DNA of 64,000 nt, from NCBI GenBank assembly GCA_050281725.1, contig JBMAAL010000017.1:166-64165 (forward strand), written 5' to 3'. A program made the position numbers and the translations under genes. The notes under the pieces are model-generated. The model was not told the DNA's origin, did not search any database, and saw only the letters and a program-made list of their open reading frames with translations. This document shows positions 48,808-57,788 of this stretch, one piece after another. The stretch's first letter is position 1, and every line of letters starts with the position of its first letter. The DNA comes from Sphingobacterium sp. Its GTDB lineage: Bacteria; Bacteroidota; Bacteroidia; Sphingobacteriales; Sphingobacteriaceae.

Positions 48808-49536
48808 ATGGAACCGAATTCTTCGTTGATAGAACATCTGAATACAATTGATACTTCTTCTCTTGTAGATCGTGCAGAAAAAGAAATCATCAATCTTTTT
48901 GTCAATCAAGGCTTAAAGGTTGGAGATGCTTTACCTAAGGAAATTGAATTGGCCGAAACCCTTGGTGTAAGTCGCACAGTAGTTCGCGAAGCCATGTTGC
49001 GGTTGCGTATGGTCGGATTGATCGAGTCAAAAAAACATCGCGGAGCTATTTTAACAAGTCCAGACCTTATAAAACCCCTACGCAAATCACTTTATCCGAC
49101 CATCATGGAAAACAAGACCTTACAGGATCTTTTTGAAATGCGTATGGTTCTGGAGGTGGGTATGGCGGATATCCTCTTTGAACATATACAAGAAAAAGAC
49201 ATTGAGGAACTGGAAGCGATCGTTGCCAAAGAACCTATAGATGCAGATAATACTATTTTCGACATCGAAACTGAAATTGACTTCCATGGTAAGCTTTATG
49301 AAATAACTGGAAATACAATTCTCAAAGACTTTCAGAATATGCTTTTACCTGTTTTTCAGTATGTGCACAGCAGTGGATTACTGACTAGTTCCAGCCCATC
49401 AAAAAGCTTTATCTCACACCGAGGCCTAGTAGATATATTGAAGGTGGGCAATGCTGAAGTTTTTCGAAATGCCATGCGCAAGCATCTTGATAATCATTAT
49501 CAGCGCCTCTTTTTATATAAGAAATCTATTGGATAA
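48808..49536 (+). CDS. GntR/FadR family transcriptional regulator (NanR-like candidate)
   Basis: GntR wHTH (LPKEIELAETLGVSRTVVREAMLRLRMVGLIESKKHRG) plus a helical FCD-like C-terminal domain. Divergent from the nan operon. Confidence 0.85.
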   Translation: MEPNSSLIEHLNTIDTSSLVDRAEKEIINLFVNQGLKVGDALPKEIELAETLGVSRTVVREAMLRLRMVGLIESKKHRGAILTSPDLIKPLRKSLYPTIMENKTLQDLFEMRMVLEVGMADILFEHIQEKDIEELEAIVAKEPIDADNTIFDIETEIDFHGKLYEITGNTILKDFQNMLLPVFQYVHSSGLLTSSSPSKSFISHRGLVDILKVGNAEVFRNAMRKHLDNHYQRLFLYKKSIG

Positions 49537-49570
49537 TCTGTTTAACAAGATTGATTCACAATGCTATAAA

Positions 49571-49596
49571 AAGGCTCAATCATATGATTGGGCTTT
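49571..49596 (+). terminator. possible terminator after the regulator gene
   Basis: Near-palindrome AAGGCTCAATCAT/ATGATTGGGCTT (two G-U pairs) with a short T tail. Confidence 0.35.
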
Positions 49597-49877
49597 AAGC
49601 ACCTACTAAAGCTACCAAGAGTATACACTTAACTATTGCCTTAAATCCCATAATTATAGTATAAAAAATAGATCTACACTCCTTATTGTCATTTTAATCC
49701 ACATCAAAAATACATAGCGGCAATGATATGAAAAAGTGTATTCAATCACTTAATTATTTTATGTAATACATAATAATCATTATCTTAGTCAGCATTATAA
49801 TGCCTCGCTAAAGCTCTACTATTTTCAAATAGCATAGCTTAAAAAGCTTGATACATTCAATTTAAACCGAAAACACC

Positions 49878-51410
49878 ATGAAAATCAGGATCTTTTTATT
49901 TACCGTACTCGCAACACTTCTTTATAAAAATGCTTCTGCACAAAAAAAGCCTAATATCATCATCATCATTTCCGATGATCATGCCTATCAAGCAATCAGT
50001 GCCTATGGTTCGAAATATGGAAAAACACCACAGATAGACCGCATCGCTGCTCAGGGTGCTCTATTTAAAAATGCGTTTGTAAACAATTCCATCTGCGGAC
50101 CATCCCGGGCTACATTATTGACGGGCAAGTACAGTCATAAAAATGGATTTAAGGATAATGAGACATCCGAATTCGACTTTAGCCAAGATCTTTTTGTCAA
50201 ACAGCTCCAAAACGTAGGTTACAATACCGCTTGGGTGGGTAAAATTCACTTAGGAGACAAACTGCAAGGCTTCAACTATTATGATATTCTTGTTGGTCAG
50301 GGAACCTATTTTAATCCAGATTTTATCAGCAAAGAGGGGCGCAAACGCAGCGAAGGGTATGTATCTGATATTGTAACCGAAAAAGCGATTGATTGGCTAG
50401 ATACGGTAGATGCGAATAGGCCCTTTTGTCTAGTCATCGGTCACAAAGCTACACACCGTACCTGGATGCCTGATCCAAAGGACTTTGGCAGCTATGATTC
50501 TGTAAATTTTACCTTGCCAACTACTTTTTACGACAATTACCAAAGTAGGCCTGCTGCGGCATTGCAAGAAATGTCCATCGACAAGGACATGAAAATGGGT
50601 TACGATCTCAAAATGTTCAATTCGTTGGAAGACATGATGGCCGACGGGAATTTCAAGTGGATGAATCAAGCTCAAAAAGATAGCTACATCGCCTATTACC
50701 GTCCTATTTATGAACAGTTGAAACAGAGTAATTTGACAGGAAAACAGCTCGCCGAATGGAAATTTAGACGATATATGATTGATTATCTCAATACTGCCCA
50801 ATCCATGGACCGCAACATCGGGAAAGTATTGGATTATTTAGATCGAAAATCCCTCGCTGAAAATACAATTGTAATCTATCTTTCAGACCAAGGTTTTTAT
50901 ATGGGTGAACACGGTTGGTTCGATAAACGTTGGATGTATGAGGAGTCTTTTCGTACACCAATGGTCATGCGGTACCCAGCCCTATTACACCCAAACTCAG
51001 CTATAAATGCTAAAATTGTCAACGCCGATATCGCTCCCACGCTATTGGAATTAGCTGCTATCAAAAAACCGAAAGATATGCAAGGTGAATCTTTTGTGCA
51101 TGTCCTGAAAAATAACAGCGAGGAACATCGAAAAGAGCTGTTCTATCATTATTTTGAAAATGGCGAACATGCCGTGAGCCCCCATTTTGGTGTTCGTGAT
51201 GACCGTTATAAATTGATCCGCTATTATAAACGGATCGAAAATTGGGAACTCTTTGACCTTCAAAAGGACCCCAATGAACTCCTTAATGTCTACAAGGATC
51301 CTACCTATCAAAGCGTCGTCAAACGGATGAAAAAGAAACTTATCACGCAAATACGCCAATTTGATGACAAAGAAGCAGAAGCAATTTACAAAATCAACAT
51401 CGACCAATAA
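49878..51410 (+). CDS. Cys-type sulfatase (GlcNAc-6-sulfatase-like)
   Basis: Signal peptide, IIIIISDDH and the formylglycine motif SICGPSRATLLTGKY. Confidence 0.9.
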   Translation: MKIRIFLFTVLATLLYKNASAQKKPNIIIIISDDHAYQAISAYGSKYGKTPQIDRIAAQGALFKNAFVNNSICGPSRATLLTGKYSHKNGFKDNETSEFDFSQDLFVKQLQNVGYNTAWVGKIHLGDKLQGFNYYDILVGQGTYFNPDFISKEGRKRSEGYVSDIVTEKAIDWLDTVDANRPFCLVIGHKATHRTWMPDPKDFGSYDSVNFTLPTTFYDNYQSRPAAALQEMSIDKDMKMGYDLKMFNSLEDMMADGNFKWMNQAQKDSYIAYYRPIYEQLKQSNLTGKQLAEWKFRRYMIDYLNTAQSMDRNIGKVLDYLDRKSLAENTIVIYLSDQGFYMGEHGWFDKRWMYEESFRTPMVMRYPALLHPNSAINAKIVNADIAPTLLELAAIKKPKDMQGESFVHVLKNNSEEHRKELFYHYFENGEHAVSPHFGVRDDRYKLIRYYKRIENWELFDLQKDPNELLNVYKDPTYQSVVKRMKKKLITQIRQFDDKEAEAIYKINIDQ

Positions 51411-51416
51411 TGCCAT

Positions 51417-51444
51417 GAGGGTATCCGATCTACTGGATACCCTC
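51417..51444. terminator. hairpin between convergent genes
   Basis: GAGGGTATCC-GATCTACT-GGATACCCTC, a perfect 10-bp stem with a weak T tail. Confidence 0.6.
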
Positions 51445-51517
51445 ATTTTAATACTATACCCTTCTTCAAATTGATCGTATAAACAAGCTATTCCATGGTT
51501 ATAAAATAAAGAGATTA

Positions 51518-52129
51518 CTACAATCTTTCAATGCTCGATACCTTACTTTTCATTGCTTCAAGTTCATCACGTGACAAACGTTGCTTTTCAGAATAGCTAT
51601 CTGCATGTTGCTCCCGCAATTTGCGTAGGCCCTTTCGGCTATCCGCTTCATAATCGTTTAGGTCAAAGGTAACAGAGTCTTTCGTTAAATTGGCGATACG
51701 ATAAAGTGTACGCATGGTTTTTCCATCTTTTGTATAAGAAACCTCATACACATCGCCCACCTTTGGATCTTTCAAGTATTTTTCCTTCTTTTTTGCACCG
51801 GAAATTCCTGCTATAACAATAGCGAATACAAAAAGTCCAATCAGAACTAAGCCCGCAAAATATCCAATAGGTGTTTTACGAATAGTTCCCGATGATATGG
51901 ACTGAAGTGTTTGCGGATCGATTTCGCGTTGGTAACTCAACTTTTTGCAATGGGTACATATGGTAATAACCTCCGAGGCATATGGAAATACGGGTATCCA
52001 AAAAATGTGAAAGTACTTTATTTGTCTGTATGCAAAAAGAGACTGAGCAGTACCACAATATGCACAGTTGCCGATCGCCGATTGCGTTTTGTTAGCTAAT
52101 ACCTTTATTCTTGTGCCAAAAATAATCAT
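51518..52129 (-). CDS. zinc-ribbon membrane-anchored hypothetical protein
   Basis: CAYCGT...CTHCKK zinc-ribbon pair, one TM (YFAGLVLIGLFVFAIVIAGI) and a soluble C-terminal domain. Confidence 0.6.
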   Translation of the reverse strand: MIIFGTRIKVLANKTQSAIGNCAYCGTAQSLFAYRQIKYFHIFWIPVFPYASEVITICTHCKKLSYQREIDPQTLQSISSGTIRKTPIGYFAGLVLIGLFVFAIVIAGISGAKKKEKYLKDPKVGDVYEVSYTKDGKTMRTLYRIANLTKDSVTFDLNDYEADSRKGLRKLREQHADSYSEKQRLSRDELEAMKSKVSSIERL

Positions 52130-52201
52130 TGTGTTATATGTTTTAATTCCATGGAATCGCTGAACAAGAATACTGCCCTTTCCTATTCAAGAATACGAAG
52201 A

Positions 52202-52235
52202 TTTACAATTCGTACGTCTCCGTTTACGATTCGTA
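52202..52235. promoter_or_regulatory. two 13-nt direct repeats spaced 21 bp (candidate regulator site)
   Basis: TTTACAATTCGTA (52202-52214) and TTTACGATTCGTA (52223-52235), 12/13 identical. An inverted core GAATACGAA lies at 52191-52199. Confidence 0.5.
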
Positions 52236-52411
52236 TCTATCAATCAATATTCTAAGAGGCAACATATTACAAAAAATATACAAAGGTATTACGGCAAGGA
52301 AACAACATTGATTAGTCAGCTACCACTCCCCTATAACGACCACATCTCATCATTCTGACTCAAAAATTACAAAAAACAAAAAAACAAAGTATAGTTATCA
52401 GGTAGATTTTA

Positions 52412-52419
52412 TATATTTG
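52412..52419 (+). promoter_or_regulatory. candidate -7 promoter box for the second SusC
   Basis: TATATTTG (TAnnTTTG), 140 nt upstream of the ATG at 52560. Motif-only call. Confidence 0.35.
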
Positions 52420-52559
52420 CATTAACATTTTTTAACACATGAAACAACATACAGATAATATCCTTAAAAAACGAATGTCCTAAGGGGATGTTTTTACAGG
52501 TAAATTTCAAATATCTCCTATAACCCAACTCAAACAATAAACTCACTATTATAATTAAT

Positions 52560-55500
52560 ATGGCAAAAAATAACATAAATTTTGTCGTAATGGCCGCGCT
52601 TTGTCTTAGTACCGGCGCACTATACGCACAAACCACTATAAAAGGAAAAGTAGTTGACAACAACAACAATCCTGTTCAAGGGGCTACAGTTACCGAAGCA
52701 ATCAGTAAAAAGCAGGTTCAAACAGATGCAAATGGCCTATTTGAGTTCCCTTCGAACGGAAGCTCACTTAATATAAGCATTCAATACATTGGCTTTGAAA
52801 CTAGGACTGTTCAAACCAATCCTACAGGTTTCACCACTGTTCAACTTCTGCCAACGACTTCACAACTCGACGAAGTCGTTGTGACGGCATTAAATATCTC
52901 GAAGGAAAAAAAGACATTGGGATATTCTATTCAGGAGCTAAAAGGAAAGGACCTTTCGGAAGCTAAAGAAAGTAATCTAGTTAATTCACTAGCTGGAAAG
53001 GTTGCTGGCGTTCAGGTAACAAATAGTCAAGGTAATATGGGGTCTTCCCGAATTATTATCCGTGGAGAAACTTCCATTGCCGGAAACAATCAGCCTTTAT
53101 TTGTGATTGATGGAACCCCAGTTGATAATTCCCAGCTGGGTACGAGTGGTAACCGTGATTATGCCAATGCAATCTCTGATATCAACAGTGAAGATATTGA
53201 ATCAATCAGTGTACTAAAAGGTCCTAATGCCGCTGCGTTATATGGCTCAAGGGCCGCCGCAGGTGTAATTTTGATTACAACTAAATCCGGAAAAAAACGC
53301 AAAGGACTTGGTATAAACATCAATTCAAATAATACAATCGAACGACTTGCCGTTTTACCCGATTATCAAAATGTTTTTGGACAAGGTGCCGATGGAAAAT
53401 TCAGCTATGTAGATGGCAAGGGCGGCGGTATCAATGACGGTGTGGATGAAAGCTGGGGTCCAAAAATGGACGGCAGACTGATTCCTCAGTTTTATTCCAA
53501 TGGTGAAGCCGTGCCATTCGTAGCGCATCCGGATAATGTCAGGAGTTTCTTTGGCACTGGAAGAACCTTAAACAATGGAATTTCAATTGCCGATGCGACT
53601 GAAAAGATTGATTACCGTTTCTCCTATAATAACAGCAATCAAACAGGGATTGTTCCCAATTCTTCCATTGAAAAAAATAATTTCAATATTAATACCCGAT
53701 ATAAAATCACAGAAGATCTAACGCTTACTGCTAATGCAAACTATGTACGTACGAATTCTGGTAATTTACCTGGTGTAGGTGGTTTCCGTTCTAATGGTTA
53801 CATGTTACAATTTACGTGGTTTGGAAGGCAAGTGGATGTTTCGCGTCTAAAAAATTATCGGGACGCTAATGGCAATCTAGTCAATTGGAACAATAGTTAT
53901 TATAGCAATCCTTATTTCATTGCGGAAGAGAATACGGTTCAGCAGCAACGCGACCGCATTTTCGGGAATGTCGGTTTGAACTATAAAATCAATAAGTATT
54001 TGACGGCAAACTTCCGTACGGGTAACGATTATTATACGGATCGGCGTAAAATTAGGATCGCATATGGCACGAATGGTACGCCCTATGGCTCTTACGAAGA
54101 GGACGCATACACCGTAAATGAAAATAATACTGAGTTTACTTTAAATTATAACCGTCCCCTTTCCAATGATTTCACATTGGACATCCTAGGGGGTGGAAAT
54201 ATACGAAGCCAGTCCCGACAACGTAATAACCAGAAGGCACCGCGTTTGGCGGTACCAGATGTATATACACTGGCAAACTCAAGAGATGCTTTAATTTCAA
54301 CAGGTGAATATAGTCCTTTGAAAGCTTACAGCATTTTTTCTTCCGCGCAATTGGGTTATAAAAATTATGCCTTTTTGAATTTGACGGCACGTAATGATTG
54401 GTCTTCAACCCTACCAGTTGACAATCTATCTTATTTCTACCCATCAGCAAACGCAAGTATCGTACTGACAGATGCTTTCGACATTCAAAGCAATGTACTC
54501 TCTTTTTGGAAATTACGTGGGGGATGGTCTAAAGTAGGTAAAGATACCGATCCATTTAATTTGATCGATTCTTATCTTTTTAGTGCTCCTTATGGAAATA
54601 GTCCACAATTATCGGTCAATGACATCAAGAAAAATCCAGATTTAAAACCGGAAACAACAACCTCTACTGAATTAGGTACAGAGTTGGCATTCCTCAAAAG
54701 TCGGGTACGTTTGGATCTAAGTTTATATAATATCAATAGTATCAATCAAATCCTAAGCGTCGATGTGAGCCCTTCAACAGGTTACAAAAAACAACTAGTC
54801 AACGCCGGAAAAATCAATAATAAAGGATTGGAAATTCAACTCGGTGTTACCCCGATAAAAAAACAGGATTTTCAATGGGACATTAATGTAAACTTTGCGA
54901 CGAATAAAAGTAAAGTGGTAGAATTAGATGATGCCGGATTATTAAAAAGCTATACGATCGGTTCTTCGGGAACAGTACAGGTCTTGGCTGCAGTCGGAAA
55001 ACCCTATGGAACTCTCTACGGAACCGGCTTTTTGCGAAATGACGCCGGACGTATTATTGTAAATGCAGATGGGACTCCTGCTACCGATCCTGTCAACCAT
55101 TATTTTGGAAAATTTACACCAAACTGGTTAGGCGGCATTACCAATCAATTCCGTTACAAAGACTTTGATCTAAGCTTTTTGATCGACATCAAACATGGTG
55201 GAAAGCTGTATTCTGGCACGAATGCTACCGGTACAGGTACAGGTGTATTAGCCTCCACTCTTCCTGGAAGAGATGCTGAACATGGCGGCTTGAGCTATAC
55301 TGTCAACGGTATTACCTATGATGACGGTATTATTGCAGATGGCGTTAATGCAGATGGTTCAGAAAATACGAAAGTTGTTTCGGCACAACAATATTATAAA
55401 ACGTTATATAGAACCAATGAATCAAATGTATTCGATGCTTCCTATGTCAAGTTGCGCGAGGTAAAAATAGGCTACCAATTACCCAATCGCTGGATTTCCA

Positions 55501-55679
55501 AAATTGGTTTTCAAGGAGCATCTTTCTCTTTAGTAGGTCGTAATTTGTGGATTATTCATAAAAATGTGCCCAATATTGATCCGGAAACAGCTTTTAATAC
55601 AGGAAATGCACAAGGTTTGGAAAGTTTACAATTGCCTACTACAAGAAGCTTTGGTTTCAATTTGAACCTGAAGTTTTAA
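52560..55679 (+). CDS. SusC/RagA family TonB-linked outer membrane transporter
   Basis: 1039 aa. CarboxypepD_reg-like N-terminus (IKGKVVDNNNNPVQGATV), plug (DEVVVTALNISKEKKTLGYS) and a barrel ending in NLNLKF. No STN/anti-sigma signalling domain. Confidence 0.93.
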   Translation: MAKNNINFVVMAALCLSTGALYAQTTIKGKVVDNNNNPVQGATVTEAISKKQVQTDANGLFEFPSNGSSLNISIQYIGFETRTVQTNPTGFTTVQLLPTTSQLDEVVVTALNISKEKKTLGYSIQELKGKDLSEAKESNLVNSLAGKVAGVQVTNSQGNMGSSRIIIRGETSIAGNNQPLFVIDGTPVDNSQLGTSGNRDYANAISDINSEDIESISVLKGPNAAALYGSRAAAGVILITTKSGKKRKGLGININSNNTIERLAVLPDYQNVFGQGADGKFSYVDGKGGGINDGVDESWGPKMDGRLIPQFYSNGEAVPFVAHPDNVRSFFGTGRTLNNGISIADATEKIDYRFSYNNSNQTGIVPNSSIEKNNFNINTRYKITEDLTLTANANYVRTNSGNLPGVGGFRSNGYMLQFTWFGRQVDVSRLKNYRDANGNLVNWNNSYYSNPYFIAEENTVQQQRDRIFGNVGLNYKINKYLTANFRTGNDYYTDRRKIRIAYGTNGTPYGSYEEDAYTVNENNTEFTLNYNRPLSNDFTLDILGGGNIRSQSRQRNNQKAPRLAVPDVYTLANSRDALISTGEYSPLKAYSIFSSAQLGYKNYAFLNLTARNDWSSTLPVDNLSYFYPSANASIVLTDAFDIQSNVLSFWKLRGGWSKVGKDTDPFNLIDSYLFSAPYGNSPQLSVNDIKKNPDLKPETTTSTELGTELAFLKSRVRLDLSLYNINSINQILSVDVSPSTGYKKQLVNAGKINNKGLEIQLGVTPIKKQDFQWDINVNFATNKSKVVELDDAGLLKSYTIGSSGTVQVLAAVGKPYGTLYGTGFLRNDAGRIIVNADGTPATDPVNHYFGKFTPNWLGGITNQFRYKDFDLSFLIDIKHGGKLYSGTNATGTGTGVLASTLPGRDAEHGGLSYTVNGITYDDGIIADGVNADGSENTKVVSAQQYYKTLYRTNESNVFDASYVKLREVKIGYQLPNRWISKIGFQGASFSLVGRNLWIIHKNVPNIDPETAFNTGNAQGLESLQLPTTRSFGFNLNLKF

Positions 55680-55810
55680 GAAAATGAAACAATCAGATTA
55701 AAAATAGAACAAAACTTACGGATTTATACAAGCAACTAGTAATCAACAAAGCAAATAAAGGTACAAGTACAGTTGATAACAGCTAATTGATAAACAAATA
55801 ACGATAGAAA

Positions 55811-57250
55811 ATGAAAATAAATAACAAACATATAGCAGGACTTTTTCTCTTACTGGGTCTAACAACGTCCTGTAAAGACGAGTTAGCGAAAGTAAACCAA
55901 AATCAGAATGAAGCAGAAACTCCTCAGCCGGCCTACCTGCTAACCAGTACGATCAAGACGACAACAGATAGCTACTGGGGTATAAGTAACAACCTAGCGT
56001 CTAGCCTGTTATTTGTTCAACATTGGGCGAGAATACAGTATACTGATCCCGATCGTTACATCTTTACAAATAATGATTTTAACGAGGGCTGGTCTACCTG
56101 GTATTCGAAAAGCATTAGCCAATTGAAAATCATTCAAAAACTGGCGGCAAGCACAGGAAATGACAACTATAAGGGGGTGGCAATCGTTCTACAATCCTGG
56201 GTATTTTCGCTACTTACGGACGCTTATGGTGAAATACCTTACACAGAAGCCGGAAATATTGACGTCTATCTTACACCACATTACGATACGCAAGAAAAAG
56301 TATACACAGGCTTATTAAACGATCTGAAAAGTGCTCAGGCTTTATTAAATCCGAGTGGAAAAAATATTGAAGGAGACATTATTTATAACGGTAAGATCGC
56401 GCAATGGAAGCGTTTTACAAATGCCCTTCGTCTACGTATTGCTTTACGTATCGCAGACCGATTACCAAACCTCTCCAAAACAACATTACAGGAGATCGCT
56501 GCAGAAGGAAGTGGCTATTTGACCTCAAATGCAGACAATGCACAGCTCATCTATCGCGACGCTCCCTATCGTAATCCGGTCAGTGCATCGTTTGAAGCAC
56601 GGGAGGACTATAGAGTCAGTAAGACAATTGTCGACAAATTGCGTTCACTTAACGATCCGCGCTTAGGTATTTATGCCGATACAACCACTACCTCAACGCC
56701 AGAAAAATATATCGGAGTACCAAATGGTTTAACGGCAAGCGACGCCAGTAACTTAGGCTTCGCCCGTACTTCAAGACCAGGCATCTATTTTAGAGACCCA
56801 CATGCTCCCGCTGTAATCTTAAGCTTTTCGGAAACACTTTTTGGTTTGTCCGAAGCAGTCAGCAGAGGATTTATTACAGGTAACGCAGCAGATTATTACC
56901 AGAAGGCGATCCGTGCTTCTTTGGAGCAATACAACGTTGGCAATGATCTGATCGTTAACTACCTCAACCAAGCAGCTATAAAGTTCGATTCCAACCGCTA
57001 CAAAAAATCCATTGGTGAACAAAAATGGATTGCCTTGTATGGACAGGGTTTAGAAGCCTTTGCAGAATGGCGTCGGTTAGATTATCCGCAATTAACACCT
57101 GCAAAAGCTGGTGCTTTAAATGGCAAAATTCCTTTGCGTTTTCTCTACCCCGGAACCGAACAATCACTCAACGGAACGAGCTATCAGGAAGCTATCGCAC
57201 GCCAGGGCAGCAATACATTACTCACTAAATTGTGGTTTGATGTAGAATAA
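55811..57250 (+). CDS. SusD/RagB family lipoprotein
   Basis: Lipobox GLTTSC, a helical SusD-like body, and W..LYGQG.EAFAEWRR near the C-terminus. Confidence 0.85.
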   Translation: MKINNKHIAGLFLLLGLTTSCKDELAKVNQNQNEAETPQPAYLLTSTIKTTTDSYWGISNNLASSLLFVQHWARIQYTDPDRYIFTNNDFNEGWSTWYSKSISQLKIIQKLAASTGNDNYKGVAIVLQSWVFSLLTDAYGEIPYTEAGNIDVYLTPHYDTQEKVYTGLLNDLKSAQALLNPSGKNIEGDIIYNGKIAQWKRFTNALRLRIALRIADRLPNLSKTTLQEIAAEGSGYLTSNADNAQLIYRDAPYRNPVSASFEAREDYRVSKTIVDKLRSLNDPRLGIYADTTTTSTPEKYIGVPNGLTASDASNLGFARTSRPGIYFRDPHAPAVILSFSETLFGLSEAVSRGFITGNAADYYQKAIRASLEQYNVGNDLIVNYLNQAAIKFDSNRYKKSIGEQKWIALYGQGLEAFAEWRRLDYPQLTPAKAGALNGKIPLRFLYPGTEQSLNGTSYQEAIARQGSNTLLTKLWFDVE

Positions 57251-57272
57251 ATGTAGATTAAAACAATTTCAA

Positions 57273-57307
57273 AAAAGCGGAAGAAGTTAATTTTTCCGCT
57301 TTTTTTC
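57273..57307 (+). terminator. intrinsic terminator after SusD
   Basis: AAAAGCGGAA - 11 nt - TTCCGCTTTT followed by a T tract. Confidence 0.8.
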
Positions 57308-57352
57308 TGTAGATTTCTTATCTTCGTATAGCACTCTAAAGAATAAAATGCT

Positions 57353-57778
57353 ATGGACGATCAAACATTAGACAGAATAGACCAACTTAGCGAGGAAGGA
57401 AACATCCAATGTGATGAAGGCAATTACCAGGCAGCGATCCAGGTGTGGACCGAAGCGCTTGATTTAGTTCCTAGCCCACAGCATGTTCACGCGGAAAGTC
57501 TTTGGCTCGAAGCTTCCATAGGAGATGCCTTTTTCTTAATGGACGATTTTGGCAACGCTCTCTCCCATTTTGAAAAGGCAAAACAGAATATTATCGAAAA
57601 TGCCTATGAAAACCCTTTTATCATGCTGCGCTTAGGACAGTGCTATTTGGAAGACAATAATAGCGAGTCTGCCCAGGAATATCTTCTTCGCGCCTATATG
57701 ATGGAAGGAAGAGACATTTTTGAAGATGAATCACCTAAATATCTTAAATTTTTAGATGACAATATCGATTTGGATTGA
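57353..57778 (+). CDS. hypothetical acidic TPR-like protein
   Basis: 141 aa, no signal peptide, with helical repeat-like segments (YQAAIQVWTEALDL, ALSHFEKAKQ, AQEYLLRAYM). Confidence 0.5.
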   Translation: MDDQTLDRIDQLSEEGNIQCDEGNYQAAIQVWTEALDLVPSPQHVHAESLWLEASIGDAFFLMDDFGNALSHFEKAKQNIIENAYENPFIMLRLGQCYLEDNNSESAQEYLLRAYMMEGRDIFEDESPKYLKFLDDNIDLD

Positions 57779-57788
57779 TAATAATCCG

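Noticed and set aside
50430-51446. 123-aa and 131-aa minus-strand ORFs inside the sulfatase gene
   Set aside because: They are antisense to a sulfatase with an intact CxPxR motif, so they are likely spurious.
55680-55810. Unusually long (131-nt) SusC-SusD spacer as a hidden small gene or RNA
   Set aside because: I could find no ORF, hairpin or repeat in it. It is A-rich filler, so there is insufficient evidence.
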